The notes under the pieces are model-generated. The model was not told the origin of the DNA. It was given only the letters and a program-made list of their open reading frames with translations, and ran no database searches. Shown here one piece after another: positions 29,088 through 39,495 of a DNA stretch of 64,000 nt. Source of the stretch: Candidatus Bathyarchaeia archaeon. GTDB taxonomy: Archaea > Thermoproteota > Bathyarchaeia > 40CM-2-53-6. Position numbers and translations under genes: made by a program. Positions within the stretch are counted from its first letter, which is position 1, and each line of letters opens with the position of its first letter. The stretch is taken from NCBI GenBank assembly GCA_049513715.1, contig JBEKVV010000003.1:96001-160000 (forward strand), given 5' to 3'.

Positions 29088-29276
29088 ATGACAGCAACCA
29101 CCATTCCTCTCGAAAAAGAAACCAGAGACCGTTTGAGGTCACGCGGAAGGAAAGGGGAAACATACGATCAGATCCTCAAGCGACTAATGTCCTTGGTCGA
29201 GTATGAAGAATTCATGGAAAGACAGTATGAGCGTCTCAAAGACAAGAAAGAGTATGTCTCCTTGGACGAACTGTGA
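29088..29276 (+). CDS. Antitoxin (RHH-like, archaeal)
   Basis: TTIPLEKETRDRL...GRKGETYDQILKRL...YVSLDEL, directly upstream of a RelE gene. Confidence 0.82.
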   Translation: MTATTIPLEKETRDRLRSRGRKGETYDQILKRLMSLVEYEEFMERQYERLKDKKEYVSLDEL

Positions 29277-29549
29277 TTGCCCTACGAAATCAAACTTCAC
29301 AGAGTAGTTTCCAGGGCCCTTGCCAGAATGGAACCTAAGCTGCGAGAAAGGATCATAATGGGCCTGCGGAAGCTGAAGGAGAACCCGCATGAATCAAGGT
29401 CAGGCCTAGACATAGTCAGGTTGACAGGCACCAAGGGGAGGCAAGATTTGTATCGTTTGCGGATCGGCGACTATCGAGCAATATACGGAGTCGAGGGCAA
29501 GGTAGTATACGTGACAGATCTCTTCCACAGAGGAAGGGGATACGACTAG
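29277..29549 (+). CDS. RelE/ParE family toxin
   Basis: LKENPH...LYRLRIGDYRAIY...HRGRGY. Confidence 0.88.
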   Translation: MPYEIKLHRVVSRALARMEPKLRERIIMGLRKLKENPHESRSGLDIVRLTGTKGRQDLYRLRIGDYRAIYGVEGKVVYVTDLFHRGRGYD

Positions 29550-29989
29550 CCGCTAGAGCAAGCCTGGGTCTCAGCGATCAGCCGGACTCTCAACTTGGTG
29601 TTTGGAGAAGTAAGCATGTGAACTAATTCCCGGTTGAGGTCGCAGGCGGCCTTGTCCGCCAGCACCATAATCGTCCTATCAGAGGCGAAAGTTGACTTTC
29701 TCCCCACAATCTCTGTTGGATGCGTCAATGAGAGATCGTGTGAGCCTTTGCCTCGTATAGTTTCAGTCAGGTTCTCGGTGGAGAGCTCCGCAATGATTGT
29801 GGCATTGTCGTTCCTGCATAAGTCTCGGAATTCCTGGGACAAATCCGCTAACCCTTTCGTCGCGCAGACCGCGACCACGCAATCCCCACGCCTCGACAAC
29901 TCAAAATCCTTCGTGATCTCCCACGTCATCGAATGCGAACCCAAAACGTTCCTATGCCCTTTCGCGTAGAACTCCTCAACAACCCGCAA
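29546..29989 (-). CDS. DUF371 family protein
   Basis: AKGHRNVLGSHSMTWEITKD...GDC...RKSTF...ADKAACDL. Confidence 0.85.
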   Translation of the reverse strand: MRVVEEFYAKGHRNVLGSHSMTWEITKDFELSRRGDCVVAVCATKGLADLSQEFRDLCRNDNATIIAELSTENLTETIRGKGSHDLSLTHPTEIVGRKSTFASDRTIMVLADKAACDLNRELVHMLTSPNTKLRVRLIAETQACSSG

Positions 29990-30041
29990 ACCAAAAACCC
30001 ACTCTCTTCTGTTTCACAGCGTAACTTGAACCTTTATTGAC

Positions 30042-30755
30042 TTGCATTGCATTCCTTACGTGTTGAAGGCCTTGAAGGATTTCGCTGCATTAAGAAAGAA
30101 CGCCGTGGAAGAGTTGCGGAGTCAGGGAATTCTAAAAGACCTGAACATCGTCAAGGCCATGGGAAAGGTGCCGAGGGAGGAATTTCTTCCAGAAGACGTA
30201 AGGTCGTACGCGTACGTTGATTCGCCCTTACCCATCGGTTTTGGGCAGACGACGAGCGCGCTGCACATGACCGCTTTGTTCTGCGAGTACGGGGAAATGA
30301 AGGCCGGCATGCGGGTTCTGGAGGTGGGGGGCGGGTGCGGTTACATGAGCTGCGTGTACGCGGAGGTGGTTGCTCCGTTGGAGTTGCCGAAAGAAAAGTG
30401 GGGGCACGTCTGGTCCGCAGAAATTGTCCCTGACTTGGCGGATTTTGGCAAGAGCAACGTAGAACGACTAGGGTACGCGGAGAAAGTAACCTACCTTCAG
30501 GAGGATGCGTCGGAAGGGCTGCCGGGGGAAGACCCCTTCGATTTGATCATCGTAACCAGCGCAGCGCCCGAAATACCGGACCGGCTTGTGAAGCAAATCA
30601 AACCAAGGGGCACACTGCTCATACCCATCGGGGACAGCAGCTTCTTCCAACAACTAATCCGGGTCAAGAAGAAAACGGACGGGAGACTCTCACAGGAAAA
30701 CCTTGGCGGCGTCGCATTCGTGCCCATGAGGGGAAAACGAGGCTGGAGCCAATAA
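30042..30755 (+). CDS. pcm: Protein-L-isoaspartate O-methyltransferase
   Basis: VPREEF, AYVDSPLPIGFGQT, VLEVGGGCGY, PFDLI, VAFVPM; the true start may be a few codons downstream. Confidence 0.9.
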   Translation: MHCIPYVLKALKDFAALRKNAVEELRSQGILKDLNIVKAMGKVPREEFLPEDVRSYAYVDSPLPIGFGQTTSALHMTALFCEYGEMKAGMRVLEVGGGCGYMSCVYAEVVAPLELPKEKWGHVWSAEIVPDLADFGKSNVERLGYAEKVTYLQEDASEGLPGEDPFDLIIVTSAAPEIPDRLVKQIKPRGTLLIPIGDSSFFQQLIRVKKKTDGRLSQENLGGVAFVPMRGKRGWSQ

Positions 30756-30757
30756 GA

Positions 30758-31792
30758 TTACCCGAAGTAAGATTCGAGCGTTGTCTTGGCGCCAGCTGAT
30801 CTGGGGGTCGCGCTCATTTTTGAAACGGCCTTTCTCACCCGGTCCTCGGAGAAATCCCGCTCCCCGCACAGAAATGAGACGACCTTCTCCTCGTCTGGTT
30901 TGGACCATTTCAGAGAGTAATCTGACGTGACGTTTGGTTGAAGAAAAATCCTCCTTATCGTTTCGGGGCTGGGTTGGATTTTGATGTCGGGGTTGTGGGC
31001 TAAGAGGTTCTCTAGGTTGCCGTGTTCTTGGATGAGTTTCGCTGCGGTTTTGGGGCCGACCCCTTTCACTCCGTCTGGATTGAAATCGGTCCCGATCAAG
31101 ATGCCAACGTCAACCAGCTGCTCCCTAGTTAGCGAAAGAAGCTTCAGAGTGTTAGCTAGCTCGATGAGAAGTGGTTCAACCTCAACGTACGCTTCCCTTC
31201 GCGGCAACTTTCTACGCCCTGTTATTGCAAGGTTCTTCACCATCCTCGGGGCGCCGAAAAGAAGCGAATCATGGTCTTGGGAGGCGACGCCCCAGACATC
31301 GCCGCGGGAGGCAACGAACGCTGCTTGCGCTTCCCCTTCAGACGGGGCTTGAATCCACGCTATTCCAAGGGCGTCCAAGAGCTTCTTCGAATCCTCCACC
31401 ATCATGTCCTTCAAAGAAGACGTGGCCTGCGCGTACGTTCTAGCCTCCTCCAACTTGCCCTCCTTCAATGCCCGCTCGTACCGCACTATAGCCTCCTCTT
31501 TCACAAACCGCCTCCTACGAATCTCCATCTCCTTCAATTCCGGGGGTTTACCGTCGAAAACGAAAACGAGGCGCATGCCCTTCTCTACGAGGTTTGCGGT
31601 GCGGTACAGCAACCCACTCAGGTGACTCGTTACCCTTCCGTGACGATCCTTGAGCGGGGTTCCGTCCGGTTGCCGAATTATCGCCAGGAACTGGTAGAGG
31701 GTGTTGTATGCGTCTACGGCGAGCGTTTTGTTGGATAGGTTGTCGAGGGTTGTGGGTTGCTCTGGGATTATGTCGGCTAAGTCGACGCCCAA
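30758..31792 (-). CDS. fen: Flap endonuclease FEN-1
   Basis: (M)GVDL..., VDAYNTLYQFLAIIRQPDG, FDGKPP, APSEGEAQAA, GTDFN, GVGPKTA, TLESYF PIP-box; TTG start at 31792. Confidence 0.95.
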   Translation of the reverse strand: MGVDLADIIPEQPTTLDNLSNKTLAVDAYNTLYQFLAIIRQPDGTPLKDRHGRVTSHLSGLLYRTANLVEKGMRLVFVFDGKPPELKEMEIRRRRFVKEEAIVRYERALKEGKLEEARTYAQATSSLKDMMVEDSKKLLDALGIAWIQAPSEGEAQAAFVASRGDVWGVASQDHDSLLFGAPRMVKNLAITGRRKLPRREAYVEVEPLLIELANTLKLLSLTREQLVDVGILIGTDFNPDGVKGVGPKTAAKLIQEHGNLENLLAHNPDIKIQPSPETIRRIFLQPNVTSDYSLKWSKPDEEKVVSFLCGERDFSEDRVRKAVSKMSATPRSAGAKTTLESYFG

Positions 31793-31874
31793 GTTCTGAG
31801 ACCGGTCTTCTAGGTATTCTGTCGAGGCTACAAACGTTGCTTTGTCAGCGACGGGGTTCGAGGCTCTGGCTCGG

Positions 31875-32009
31875 TTACTTATCTTCCCGACGCCTAACAA
31901 TAATCTCCTGAAGCGACCCGCGGACGTAGACCTTGATAATTCGCCATTTCCCATGAACAAAATGTCGCTCTAATTTGGGAAATTCGCGGACTTCCGATTC
32001 AAGCCGCAT
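31875..32009 (-). CDS. Candidate 44-aa small protein (below the ORF-track cutoff)
   Basis: ATG 32009: MRLESEVREFPKLERHFVHGKWRIIKVYVRGSLQEIIVRRREDK*. Confidence 0.35.
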   Translation of the reverse strand: MRLESEVREFPKLERHFVHGKWRIIKVYVRGSLQEIIVRRREDK

Positions 32010-32129
32010 TCTACATCTACGCCTTTCGTAGCTGATCCCTTCCCCATTGCAGATTAGTTGTTTAGGCTACTACAGCGCAAAACCCAGCGGCGTCCATGTC
32101 TCGGAGAGCGCGTTGCCGTGGCGTTTTAG

Positions 32130-32609
32130 TCAAGTATCAGCGAAAGCTTCGTTGATCGAATCCGTTCCTTCTGTGCTTTTTTCCGCGTCCTCCGTGGCCT
32201 CTGCCGTATCTTCGGCTTCTGTTTTGGTTTCACGCTCGCGCCCGGTTATCGCGTAAGATTCTAGTAGTGCCTGGGACGCGAAAAGGTTCACTAAAGTGTT
32301 GGTGCTTGCTTCGCCGCTGAGGCGGCCGGCCCTTCCCTGCAGGTGACGCCATTTTACTCGCGTATTGCCGCTTTTGGAGTTGTAGATTATGCCGAGGACA
32401 TTCGATGCGCGGGTGAACCTGATTTCTCGTATTTGGCTGACAGTTTCTTTATCCTCAGCCTCGACGTACATAGTCCCCTTATCGGACGCCCGTTCCGGGT
32501 AAATTGTCTCATCCTCATCCAATTCCAGCGGAATGTAGGATTGACAAGTGCTCATGATCATAAACCGCCGAAACCTGTCGAGGTCGCAGACTGAATCTAT
32601 AGCCACCAC
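32130..32609 (-). CDS. Hypothetical protein with acidic tail
   Basis: 159-aa ORF with a globular-looking N-terminal domain. Confidence 0.7.
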   Translation of the reverse strand: MVAIDSVCDLDRFRRFMIMSTCQSYIPLELDEDETIYPERASDKGTMYVEAEDKETVSQIREIRFTRASNVLGIIYNSKSGNTRVKWRHLQGRAGRLSGEASTNTLVNLFASQALLESYAITGRERETKTEAEDTAEATEDAEKSTEGTDSINEAFADT

Positions 32610-32763
32610 TACATCTCACCAGAAGAAGGATTGATGGTTCCTGAGTCTTAGCAGGCTCCTGTTTGAATTTGCCGGTACGACAAAGAGCATCGCCGACGGG
32701 CAATGGGCAGCAATCAATTTATAACCTTCAGAAGTGTGGGTGTGGAACCCGAAGGCCCCAAAC

Positions 32764-32967
32764 TTGAGTGCAACAACAACCACGAGTAGCGAGAAAGTCA
32801 TCCGTATGCCTACATGCTCGTGGTGCGCGCGCACAATTCTACCCGGCGAAGGCGCGGTCAAATTCCCTTGCCCAAGCTGCGGAGAAGTCACCATTTGGCG
32901 ATGCGAGAAATGCCGCATGTTCGGCCGCCCCTACAAATGCGTCAAGTGCGGACACATGGGCCCATAA
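32764..32967 (+). CDS. Small Zn-finger protein (DUF1610 family)
   Basis: CSWC...FPCPSCG...IWRCEKCR...YKCVKCGHMGP, directly upstream of aEF-1beta. Confidence 0.88.
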   Translation: MSATTTTSSEKVIRMPTCSWCARTILPGEGAVKFPCPSCGEVTIWRCEKCRMFGRPYKCVKCGHMGP

Positions 32968-32990
32968 AACAAACAAGCGGTTGGGAACTA

Positions 32991-33260
32991 TTGGCGAAGG
33001 TACTCGCGTCCATCAAGATATTCCCCGACGACGCAAACATCGACCTCAACGCTTTGAAGGCAAGGATACAGGAATCGCTACCTGCCGGATTCAGCGCCCA
33101 GAAGTTTGAGGAGGAACCCGTTGCCTTCGGCCTAGTAGCGCTAATTGCACTCTTCGTCATACCCGAGGATGCAGCAGGCCAAATGGAGCGGCTGGAAGAG
33201 GCCCTCAAGGGCGTCGAGAGAGTAAGTCAGATTGAGGTCCTGAGGGTAGGACGATTCTGA
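32991..33260 (+). CDS. ef1b: Translation elongation factor aEF-1beta
   Basis: (M)AKVLASIKIFP...EEPVAFGLVAL...VSQIEV. Confidence 0.92.
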   Translation: MAKVLASIKIFPDDANIDLNALKARIQESLPAGFSAQKFEEEPVAFGLVALIALFVIPEDAAGQMERLEEALKGVERVSQIEVLRVGRF

Positions 33261-33481
33261 ACGGTTCCGTCGTTACCTGAAGTAACATTTAAATCCACCA
33301 TTTGTTACTGTTGGTAACAATCGTGGTGGACCGGAAACATCATGAACAATTCCGAAAGCTACGCATCAATCCAAACAGTCGGGCAACGCGTGGTTTGCAT
33401 GGACAAAAGGAATTTTAATGGCACACATCAAGGACTCATCGGAACAAAACGTGCCACCTCATTACTAGGGAGAGTATAATC

Positions 33482-35662
33482 ATGTCCAGTCACGAATCTT
33501 CTCTAAGAGTTGCTGATGCAAGGCAACGAGATGTCGGACACGGGAAAGTCCGAATCGACAACGAAACCATGCAGAAACTCGCAATTACAGCAGGAGATTT
33601 CGTTGAAATTCACGGCAAGAAGATGACAGTTGCCGTTGCATGGCCCGCCTACGCTGAAGACCAAGGACAAGAAATCATCAGAATGGACGGGCTCATAAGG
33701 AGGAACGCAGGCGTAGCACTGAACGAATTCGTCAGCGTAAGGAAAGCTGACGTAAAGGAGGCGCAGGCGATCGTTTTCGCGCCAACTGATGTTCGCCTTA
33801 GTGTGGATGAGGAGTTTGTCAGTTTCGTAAAGCGACGCTTCATGGACATGCCCTTCATCGAAGGCGACATGACTCTACTCTCGATCTTCGGAAGCGCCGT
33901 CCCACTCACGGTCACTCGTACACGCCCTCACGGCCCAGTAAAGATCACAGAAACCGCACATGTTCAAGTCCTAAGCGAGCCAACCCCAGAAAAGAAAGGC
34001 ATCCCGATAGTAACTTACGAAGACATTGGTGGCCTGCACGAGGAGATTCAGCGCATCCGAGAAATGGTGGAATTGCCTCTAAGGCACCCCGAGCTCTTCC
34101 AACGCTTGGGAATCGAACCACCGAGGGGAGTGTTCTTGTACGGGCCGCCGGGTTGCGGTAAGACTCTTCTTGCAAAAGCAGTTGCGAACGAGTCCGACGC
34201 GAACTTCTACGTAATCTCAGGCCCCGAGATCATGTCAAAGTTCTACGGCGAATCAGAAGCTAGGCTCCGTGAGATATTCCAGAAGGCTCAGGAAACATCA
34301 CCGAGCATCATATTCATCGACGAAATGGACGCCATAGCGCCCAAGCGTGAGGAAGTTACGGGCGAAGTCGAGCGAAGAGTCGTCGCCCAGCTCCTATCAC
34401 TAATGGACGGAATGGGTTCACGCGGCAACATTATCGTAATCGGCGCGACCAACCGACCAAACGCAATCGACCCCGCACTGAGAAGGCCGGGAAGATTCGA
34501 CAGGGAAATCGAAATTGGAGTTCCCGACAAAGCGGGGCGGTACGAAGTTCTGCAGATTCACACGAGGAACATGCCGCTTGCAGAGGACGTGGAGCTGAAG
34601 CGATTGTCGGATGTAACGCATGGTTACACTGGAGCAGACACCGCCTCACTATGCCGGGAAGCGGCAATGAAATCGCTCAGGCGGTACATTCCAGAAATCA
34701 ACCTTGAGGAAGAACGCATCCCGCCCGAAACGCTCGAGAAGATGGTTGTGAAGATGGACGATTTCCTCTACGCCTACCGGGAAATCACGCCCACAGCCAT
34801 GAGAGAAGTATACGTCGAGATCCCGCAGGTTAAATGGGACGAAGTTGGAGGCCTCAAGCAAGTCAAACAGCAGCTCATGGAATCTGTTGAGTGGCCACTG
34901 AAGAAACCCGAGATCTTCAAGAAAATGGGCATCAAGCCCCCCAGAGGAATCCTCCTATACGGCCCGCCCGGATGCGGAAAGACACTACTAGCCAGAGCTG
35001 TAGCCACAGAAAGCGAAGCAAACTTCATTTCAATAAAAGGCCCCGAAATATTCTCGAAATGGGTAGGGGAATCCGAGAAAGCAATACGCGAAATATTCCG
35101 CAAAGGCCGAACAGCCGCACCAGCCATAATATTCTTCGATGAACTGGACGCAATAGTACCCAGACGTGGCCTAGGCTATGGGGACTCAGGAGCAAGCGAA
35201 CGAGTCATCAGCCAACTACTCACAGAGATCGATGGAATCGAATCACTTCAGAATGTGCTCGTCATAGCGGCAACGAACCGGCCCGATATGCTGGACCCAG
35301 CGGTTATGCGGCCTGGGAGATTTGACAGGTTGATTTACGTTCCGTCGCCAGACATTGAATCCCTCAAGGAAATCTTCTCGATTCACACACGCTCCATGCC
35401 ACTTTCCAGAGACGTGGTGCTGGAAGACGTTGCGAGGAAGGCCCCGGGCTATTCAGGTGCCGACATTGAAGCCATAGTCCGCGAAGCCGCCATGAATGCA
35501 CTTAGAGAGAACATAGAGGCCACTGAGGTTTCACGGCGAGACTTTGATGTGGCTATGGAGAGGGTTGGGCCGAGCGTTACACCCGATGACGACGCTTCGT
35601 ACCAGAAATTCTCAAAGCGGCTGAGAAGAGAGCGAGCTGCCGCCATCACACCCGTAGCATGA
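33482..35662 (+). CDS. cdc48: CDC48/VCP family AAA ATPase
   Basis: N-domain plus two AAA modules (GPPGCGKT twice, RPGRFDR twice). Confidence 0.96.
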   Translation: MSSHESSLRVADARQRDVGHGKVRIDNETMQKLAITAGDFVEIHGKKMTVAVAWPAYAEDQGQEIIRMDGLIRRNAGVALNEFVSVRKADVKEAQAIVFAPTDVRLSVDEEFVSFVKRRFMDMPFIEGDMTLLSIFGSAVPLTVTRTRPHGPVKITETAHVQVLSEPTPEKKGIPIVTYEDIGGLHEEIQRIREMVELPLRHPELFQRLGIEPPRGVFLYGPPGCGKTLLAKAVANESDANFYVISGPEIMSKFYGESEARLREIFQKAQETSPSIIFIDEMDAIAPKREEVTGEVERRVVAQLLSLMDGMGSRGNIIVIGATNRPNAIDPALRRPGRFDREIEIGVPDKAGRYEVLQIHTRNMPLAEDVELKRLSDVTHGYTGADTASLCREAAMKSLRRYIPEINLEEERIPPETLEKMVVKMDDFLYAYREITPTAMREVYVEIPQVKWDEVGGLKQVKQQLMESVEWPLKKPEIFKKMGIKPPRGILLYGPPGCGKTLLARAVATESEANFISIKGPEIFSKWVGESEKAIREIFRKGRTAAPAIIFFDELDAIVPRRGLGYGDSGASERVISQLLTEIDGIESLQNVLVIAATNRPDMLDPAVMRPGRFDRLIYVPSPDIESLKEIFSIHTRSMPLSRDVVLEDVARKAPGYSGADIEAIVREAAMNALRENIEATEVSRRDFDVAMERVGPSVTPDDDASYQKFSKRLRRERAAAITPVA

Positions 35663-35691
35663 AACTAATTCTAACTGGAAGGCAATGCTGA

Positions 35692-35934
35692 ATGGACAAG
35701 GTATGGGGCCCCCGCCCACTCCAACTTTCCGTCGTAGACCTCATACAACGAAAAGGCCCACTCACCGATGACGAACTGCTTCGAGAGATCCGGAACCTAA
35801 AAGATGACATGAGTTTCAGAGAACTGAACGGCATTCTTCTCAAACTGGAAGTTAGTGGCATCGTACGAGTTTCACGGCAAATGAAAGGTAAGCGCCGTGT
35901 GGAACTTGTAGAGCAACCGCAACGCAGTACTTAA
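35692..35934 (+). CDS. Small winged-helix protein
   Basis: KGPLTDDELL...ELNGILLKLEVSGIVRVS. Confidence 0.7.
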   Translation: MDKVWGPRPLQLSVVDLIQRKGPLTDDELLREIRNLKDDMSFRELNGILLKLEVSGIVRVSRQMKGKRRVELVEQPQRST

Positions 35935-35998
35935 CACATCGAACACCAGTCCTCCACAGTAGCCAAACTATAGTGCTTCCCAGCAGGAAGCATGCACT

Positions 35999-37246
35999 AT
36001 GCCGCATGAACAAGTCGACTTGGCCGTTGTTGGATGTGGGGTGAGTGGAGCGGCTGCCGCACTGGCAGCAGCGCAACGGGGCATTTCGGTGTCGATTTTG
36101 GAAGAGCATTCGAAAGTTGGGGAACCCACACACTGCTCTGGCCACGTTGGAATCTTGGCCTTCAAGCAATTCGCCCCCAAAATGCCGCGAAGAATCATTG
36201 AAAATGAAATCAAAGGCGCTGTACTGTACCCGCCAAACGAAAAGCCCATCACCCTCAAGAGAACCACTCCGGTAACATGGGTCTTGAACAGGGCCGAACT
36301 CGACAAGCACCTCGCCCGCGTGGCAACCGAAGCAGGCGCTCGGCTCCGTATGAATTCACGCGTCGAAACTTTCAAGCGGCTGGACAAAGGGTTTCAAGTC
36401 AGAATTACAGGTGCCAAACCCGCAGAACTTACATGCAAAATAATCATTGACGCAAGCGGATTCGGAGGGTCTGTCTCGAAGTATGCTGGTTTATCACAGG
36501 CAGGGCCTCGAATGCTGGTCAATTCAGCTCAGTTTAGTGTTGACAACGTTTCAGATGTGGACGAAGACTTCGTGGAACTCTACTTCGGCCAGCAGTATGC
36601 TCCTGGATTCTTTGGTTGGATAATTCCACGACGAGATGGATCTGCTAAAGTAGGCATAGCCGCTGGACCACGAGCAAACGCGCGTCAATGTTTCGAAAGA
36701 TTCGTTAGCAGACACCCAGTCGTTTCTAAGAAACTGAAGCACGCCCGCCGATTAACGAAAACCATGTTCCACCCCATACCGGTAGATGGAGCAACCCGTC
36801 GCACGTACGCTGAGGGCATTCTCTCCGTTGGAGATTCAGCCTCCCAAGTGAAACCAACCACCGGAGGAGGCATAGTATTTGGTCTTGCCTGTGGCCGAAT
36901 CGCCGGGGCTACGGCTGCCAACGCAGTGATGACCGACAATACCTCTGCTCTGTCCCTTAGCACATATGAGAAATCCTGGCGACAGCTGATCGGGTTCGAT
37001 CTGAAGGCAATGTCGTGGCTTCGACGCCTGCTCTACAGGTTGCCTGACCAGCACCTCGACAGAATCTTCAAAGTATCCAACGAGTTAAGGGTTGACGAAA
37101 TCCTGAACAGGACCGCGGACATTGATTTCCAAGGCAGAACTCTGGCCTCTCTGGCGCGTGACCCGAGGTTGTTCATCACCCTCCTATCGGCGTCTATTCT
37201 CTCGGCCCCGTCATTACTTAGAACGGAAGCACAGGCGCCCAGATGA
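35999..37246 (+). CDS. Geranylgeranyl reductase family flavoprotein
   Basis: VVGCGVSG, HCSG, FFGWIIP, VGDSASQVKPTTGGGI. Confidence 0.88.
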   Translation: MPHEQVDLAVVGCGVSGAAAALAAAQRGISVSILEEHSKVGEPTHCSGHVGILAFKQFAPKMPRRIIENEIKGAVLYPPNEKPITLKRTTPVTWVLNRAELDKHLARVATEAGARLRMNSRVETFKRLDKGFQVRITGAKPAELTCKIIIDASGFGGSVSKYAGLSQAGPRMLVNSAQFSVDNVSDVDEDFVELYFGQQYAPGFFGWIIPRRDGSAKVGIAAGPRANARQCFERFVSRHPVVSKKLKHARRLTKTMFHPIPVDGATRRTYAEGILSVGDSASQVKPTTGGGIVFGLACGRIAGATAANAVMTDNTSALSLSTYEKSWRQLIGFDLKAMSWLRRLLYRLPDQHLDRIFKVSNELRVDEILNRTADIDFQGRTLASLARDPRLFITLLSASILSAPSLLRTEAQAPR

Positions 37247-37357
37247 TTACCTTATATTATACCGAACTGGAGACGCAATAATTTAATTACTAAACAGAAC
37301 TATTTTCGTACGTGGGATATTTGTTCGGGCTTTTTGGCGTGAGGCATACCGAGTGCG

Positions 37358-37561
37358 GTGACACCTACGACATGCAGTCTTTGTAGACACAAGGCCGGGA
37401 AGCAGATCGACAAGATGATCAAGTCTGGAGTGCCTTACAGGAAGATAAAGTCCAAATTCCGCATAAAAAGCATCTCGATGATATCTTACCACAAAGGAAC
37501 ATGTCTTGGTTTGATTCCACCGAGGAGACGCAGCGCATACCCTCGGGAAGTTCCGTGGTAG
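37358..37561 (+). CDS. Small basic CxxC-HTH protein (phage-like)
   Basis: CSLCRH...IDKMIKSGVPYRKIKSKF...ISYHKGTC. Confidence 0.45.
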   Translation: MTPTTCSLCRHKAGKQIDKMIKSGVPYRKIKSKFRIKSISMISYHKGTCLGLIPPRRRSAYPREVPW

Positions 37562-37578
37562 CTAATGGAATCAAGGAC

Positions 37579-38556
37579 CTAGGTTTTGCTGAGCTGTTTC
37601 ACCGCATCGTTCAAAGCAGGTATTATTTGGTATAGGTCTGCCACTACACCGTAATCGCTGAACTCGAAGATTGGAGCCTTCGGGTCATTGTTGACCGCTA
37701 CGATTATTCTACTATTTCTGATTCCTGTGAGATGCTGAATTTGGCCTGAGATTCCGAAGGCAAAGTACAATTTCGGGCTGACCTTCTGGCCTGAAAGGCC
37801 TACGTATTGCTCCTCCGGCAACCAACGCAAATCCTCCGCTATGGGCCTAGAACATCCAATTACTCCCCCAACCATCTGAGCAAACTGTTCCAACATGGCC
37901 ATATCCTCCTTCTTCCTGACCCCCCGCCCAAATGAAACAATGATTGGCGCGTCAGCGAGTTTAACTCCCTTCGCAGTTTTCGGCCTACTCTCAACCAACT
38001 TTGTGGTTGATGGCTTCACATTAGGCTCGACTCTCACGACCTCCCCCTTTCGCGTGGAGTCTGCAGCGAGTGGAACGAAAAGTCCCCTGGGTACCGTAGC
38101 TACTTGCGGTGTCGACCTGCAGATCTGCGTCTCAACGAGATTACCGCCCAAGGTGATTCTGTCCATCAATAGGAATTTCTTCTCAGCGTCGACTTCCAAG
38201 CGAGTTACTTCAGTCACGCAACCAGTCTTCAACCGCTCAGACAAGCGCGGGGCAAACTCTAGCCCATTCCTGGTGGCACCTATGAGGAGTATGTCTGGTT
38301 TCTGTTCAGCCGCCAGATTCGCCATTGCGTCAGTGTATGTATCCACGTTGAAGACATCCAGCGCCGGGTTGTTCAGCACGAACACTTTGTCAGCACCATG
38401 CTGAACGTAGCCCTGAGGATCCTGTCCTGAGCCAATGGAAACCGCTACCAGTTGCGTACCTAACTGATTTGCTAATGCTCTCCCCTTCCCGAGCAACTCG
38501 AAAGCCAGCTGTGATACCTCCGAGAATACCCAGACCCCTCCGTGTTCTTGTGACAT
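37579..38556 (-). CDS. etfA: Electron transfer flavoprotein alpha subunit
   Basis: IIVSFGRG, GCSRP, VGLSGQKVSPKLY, GISGQIQHLTG, APIF. Confidence 0.93.
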   Translation of the reverse strand: MSQEHGGVWVFSEVSQLAFELLGKGRALANQLGTQLVAVSIGSGQDPQGYVQHGADKVFVLNNPALDVFNVDTYTDAMANLAAEQKPDILLIGATRNGLEFAPRLSERLKTGCVTEVTRLEVDAEKKFLLMDRITLGGNLVETQICRSTPQVATVPRGLFVPLAADSTRKGEVVRVEPNVKPSTTKLVESRPKTAKGVKLADAPIIVSFGRGVRKKEDMAMLEQFAQMVGGVIGCSRPIAEDLRWLPEEQYVGLSGQKVSPKLYFAFGISGQIQHLTGIRNSRIIVAVNNDPKAPIFEFSDYGVVADLYQIIPALNDAVKQLSKT

Positions 38557-38558
38557 AC

Positions 38559-39353
38559 CTAACTCGCCTTGAGAACCCCTTCCTGAATGAGAGCCTTCAC
38601 GAGCTTAGGAGCAATCTCCCTCGCCTCACCTTGAAACATTACTCGCTTTCTGTCCCCAACTGAAACTGTGCCCCTTAGGACTTCCACCAGAGCCCCATTG
38701 AATCCAAGCTCCTCCGCGCTTAGGTGCAAGTCTTCGGAAGTCCATGTTTTCATGGGTTTCTTGGAAGCAGCCATGATCGCCATGAGCGTTGGGAGGCGTG
38801 GTTCGTTGATCTCCCTCACAACAGAAACCAAGCAGGGTAGCTTTCCCTCCACTACTTGCCGCTCGTTCTCTAGGTCCCTCTCAGCCGTAATCTTTGTTCC
38901 TTCCACGGTGATCTTGGAGGCGTAAGTGATCTGCGGCAGATTGCATATTTCCGCCAACCTTGGGCCGACCTGGAAGGCGAACAAGTCCTCAGAGTACGCG
39001 CCGCACAGGATCAGGTCGTAATCCAAGATGTTCGTGACTGCTGCCGCCAAGACGTTTGCCACGGCGTGCGCGTCGGAGCCCTCGAACAACGGATCGCTTA
39101 GCAGGTACCCTTCGTCAGCCCCCATGGCCAAAGCTTCTCTAAGCGCCTCCTTGGCGTCAGGCGAACCCATAGTAATAACGGTGATTTTGCCGCCATGCTT
39201 CTCCTTTATCCTGACTGCTTCTTCAATGGCGTTCTTGTCGGATTCGCTGATGACCCTTGGAACGCCTTGGGTGACTATGGTCTTGGTTGACTTGTCGACC
39301 CTTAGTCCTTCAGTCTGAAGAACATGCTTCGCGAGCACTATGACGTGTAGCAT
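38559..39353 (-). CDS. etfB: Electron transfer flavoprotein beta subunit
   Basis: DKNAIEEA, REALAMGAD, QVGPRLAE, INEPRLP. Confidence 0.93.
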   Translation of the reverse strand: MLHVIVLAKHVLQTEGLRVDKSTKTIVTQGVPRVISESDKNAIEEAVRIKEKHGGKITVITMGSPDAKEALREALAMGADEGYLLSDPLFEGSDAHAVANVLAAAVTNILDYDLILCGAYSEDLFAFQVGPRLAEICNLPQITYASKITVEGTKITAERDLENERQVVEGKLPCLVSVVREINEPRLPTLMAIMAASKKPMKTWTSEDLHLSAEELGFNGALVEVLRGTVSVGDRKRVMFQGEAREIAPKLVKALIQEGVLKAS

Positions 39354-39495
39354 CGATCATCACAGCCCAATCACCCTCAACAAAACGTCTGGACTTAAGA
39401 ATTGCGAAGCAACCTGATTAACAAGGCCGTCATGTTGAGTCGCCTAAATTTTCGGCTTCGGTCTCGGCAAGAAGTATGCGAAGTTTGGAGCGGGG

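Noticed and set aside
31793..31960. N-terminal extension of FEN1 in the ORF track
   Set aside because: Family homology starts at (M)GVDL (TTG 31792)
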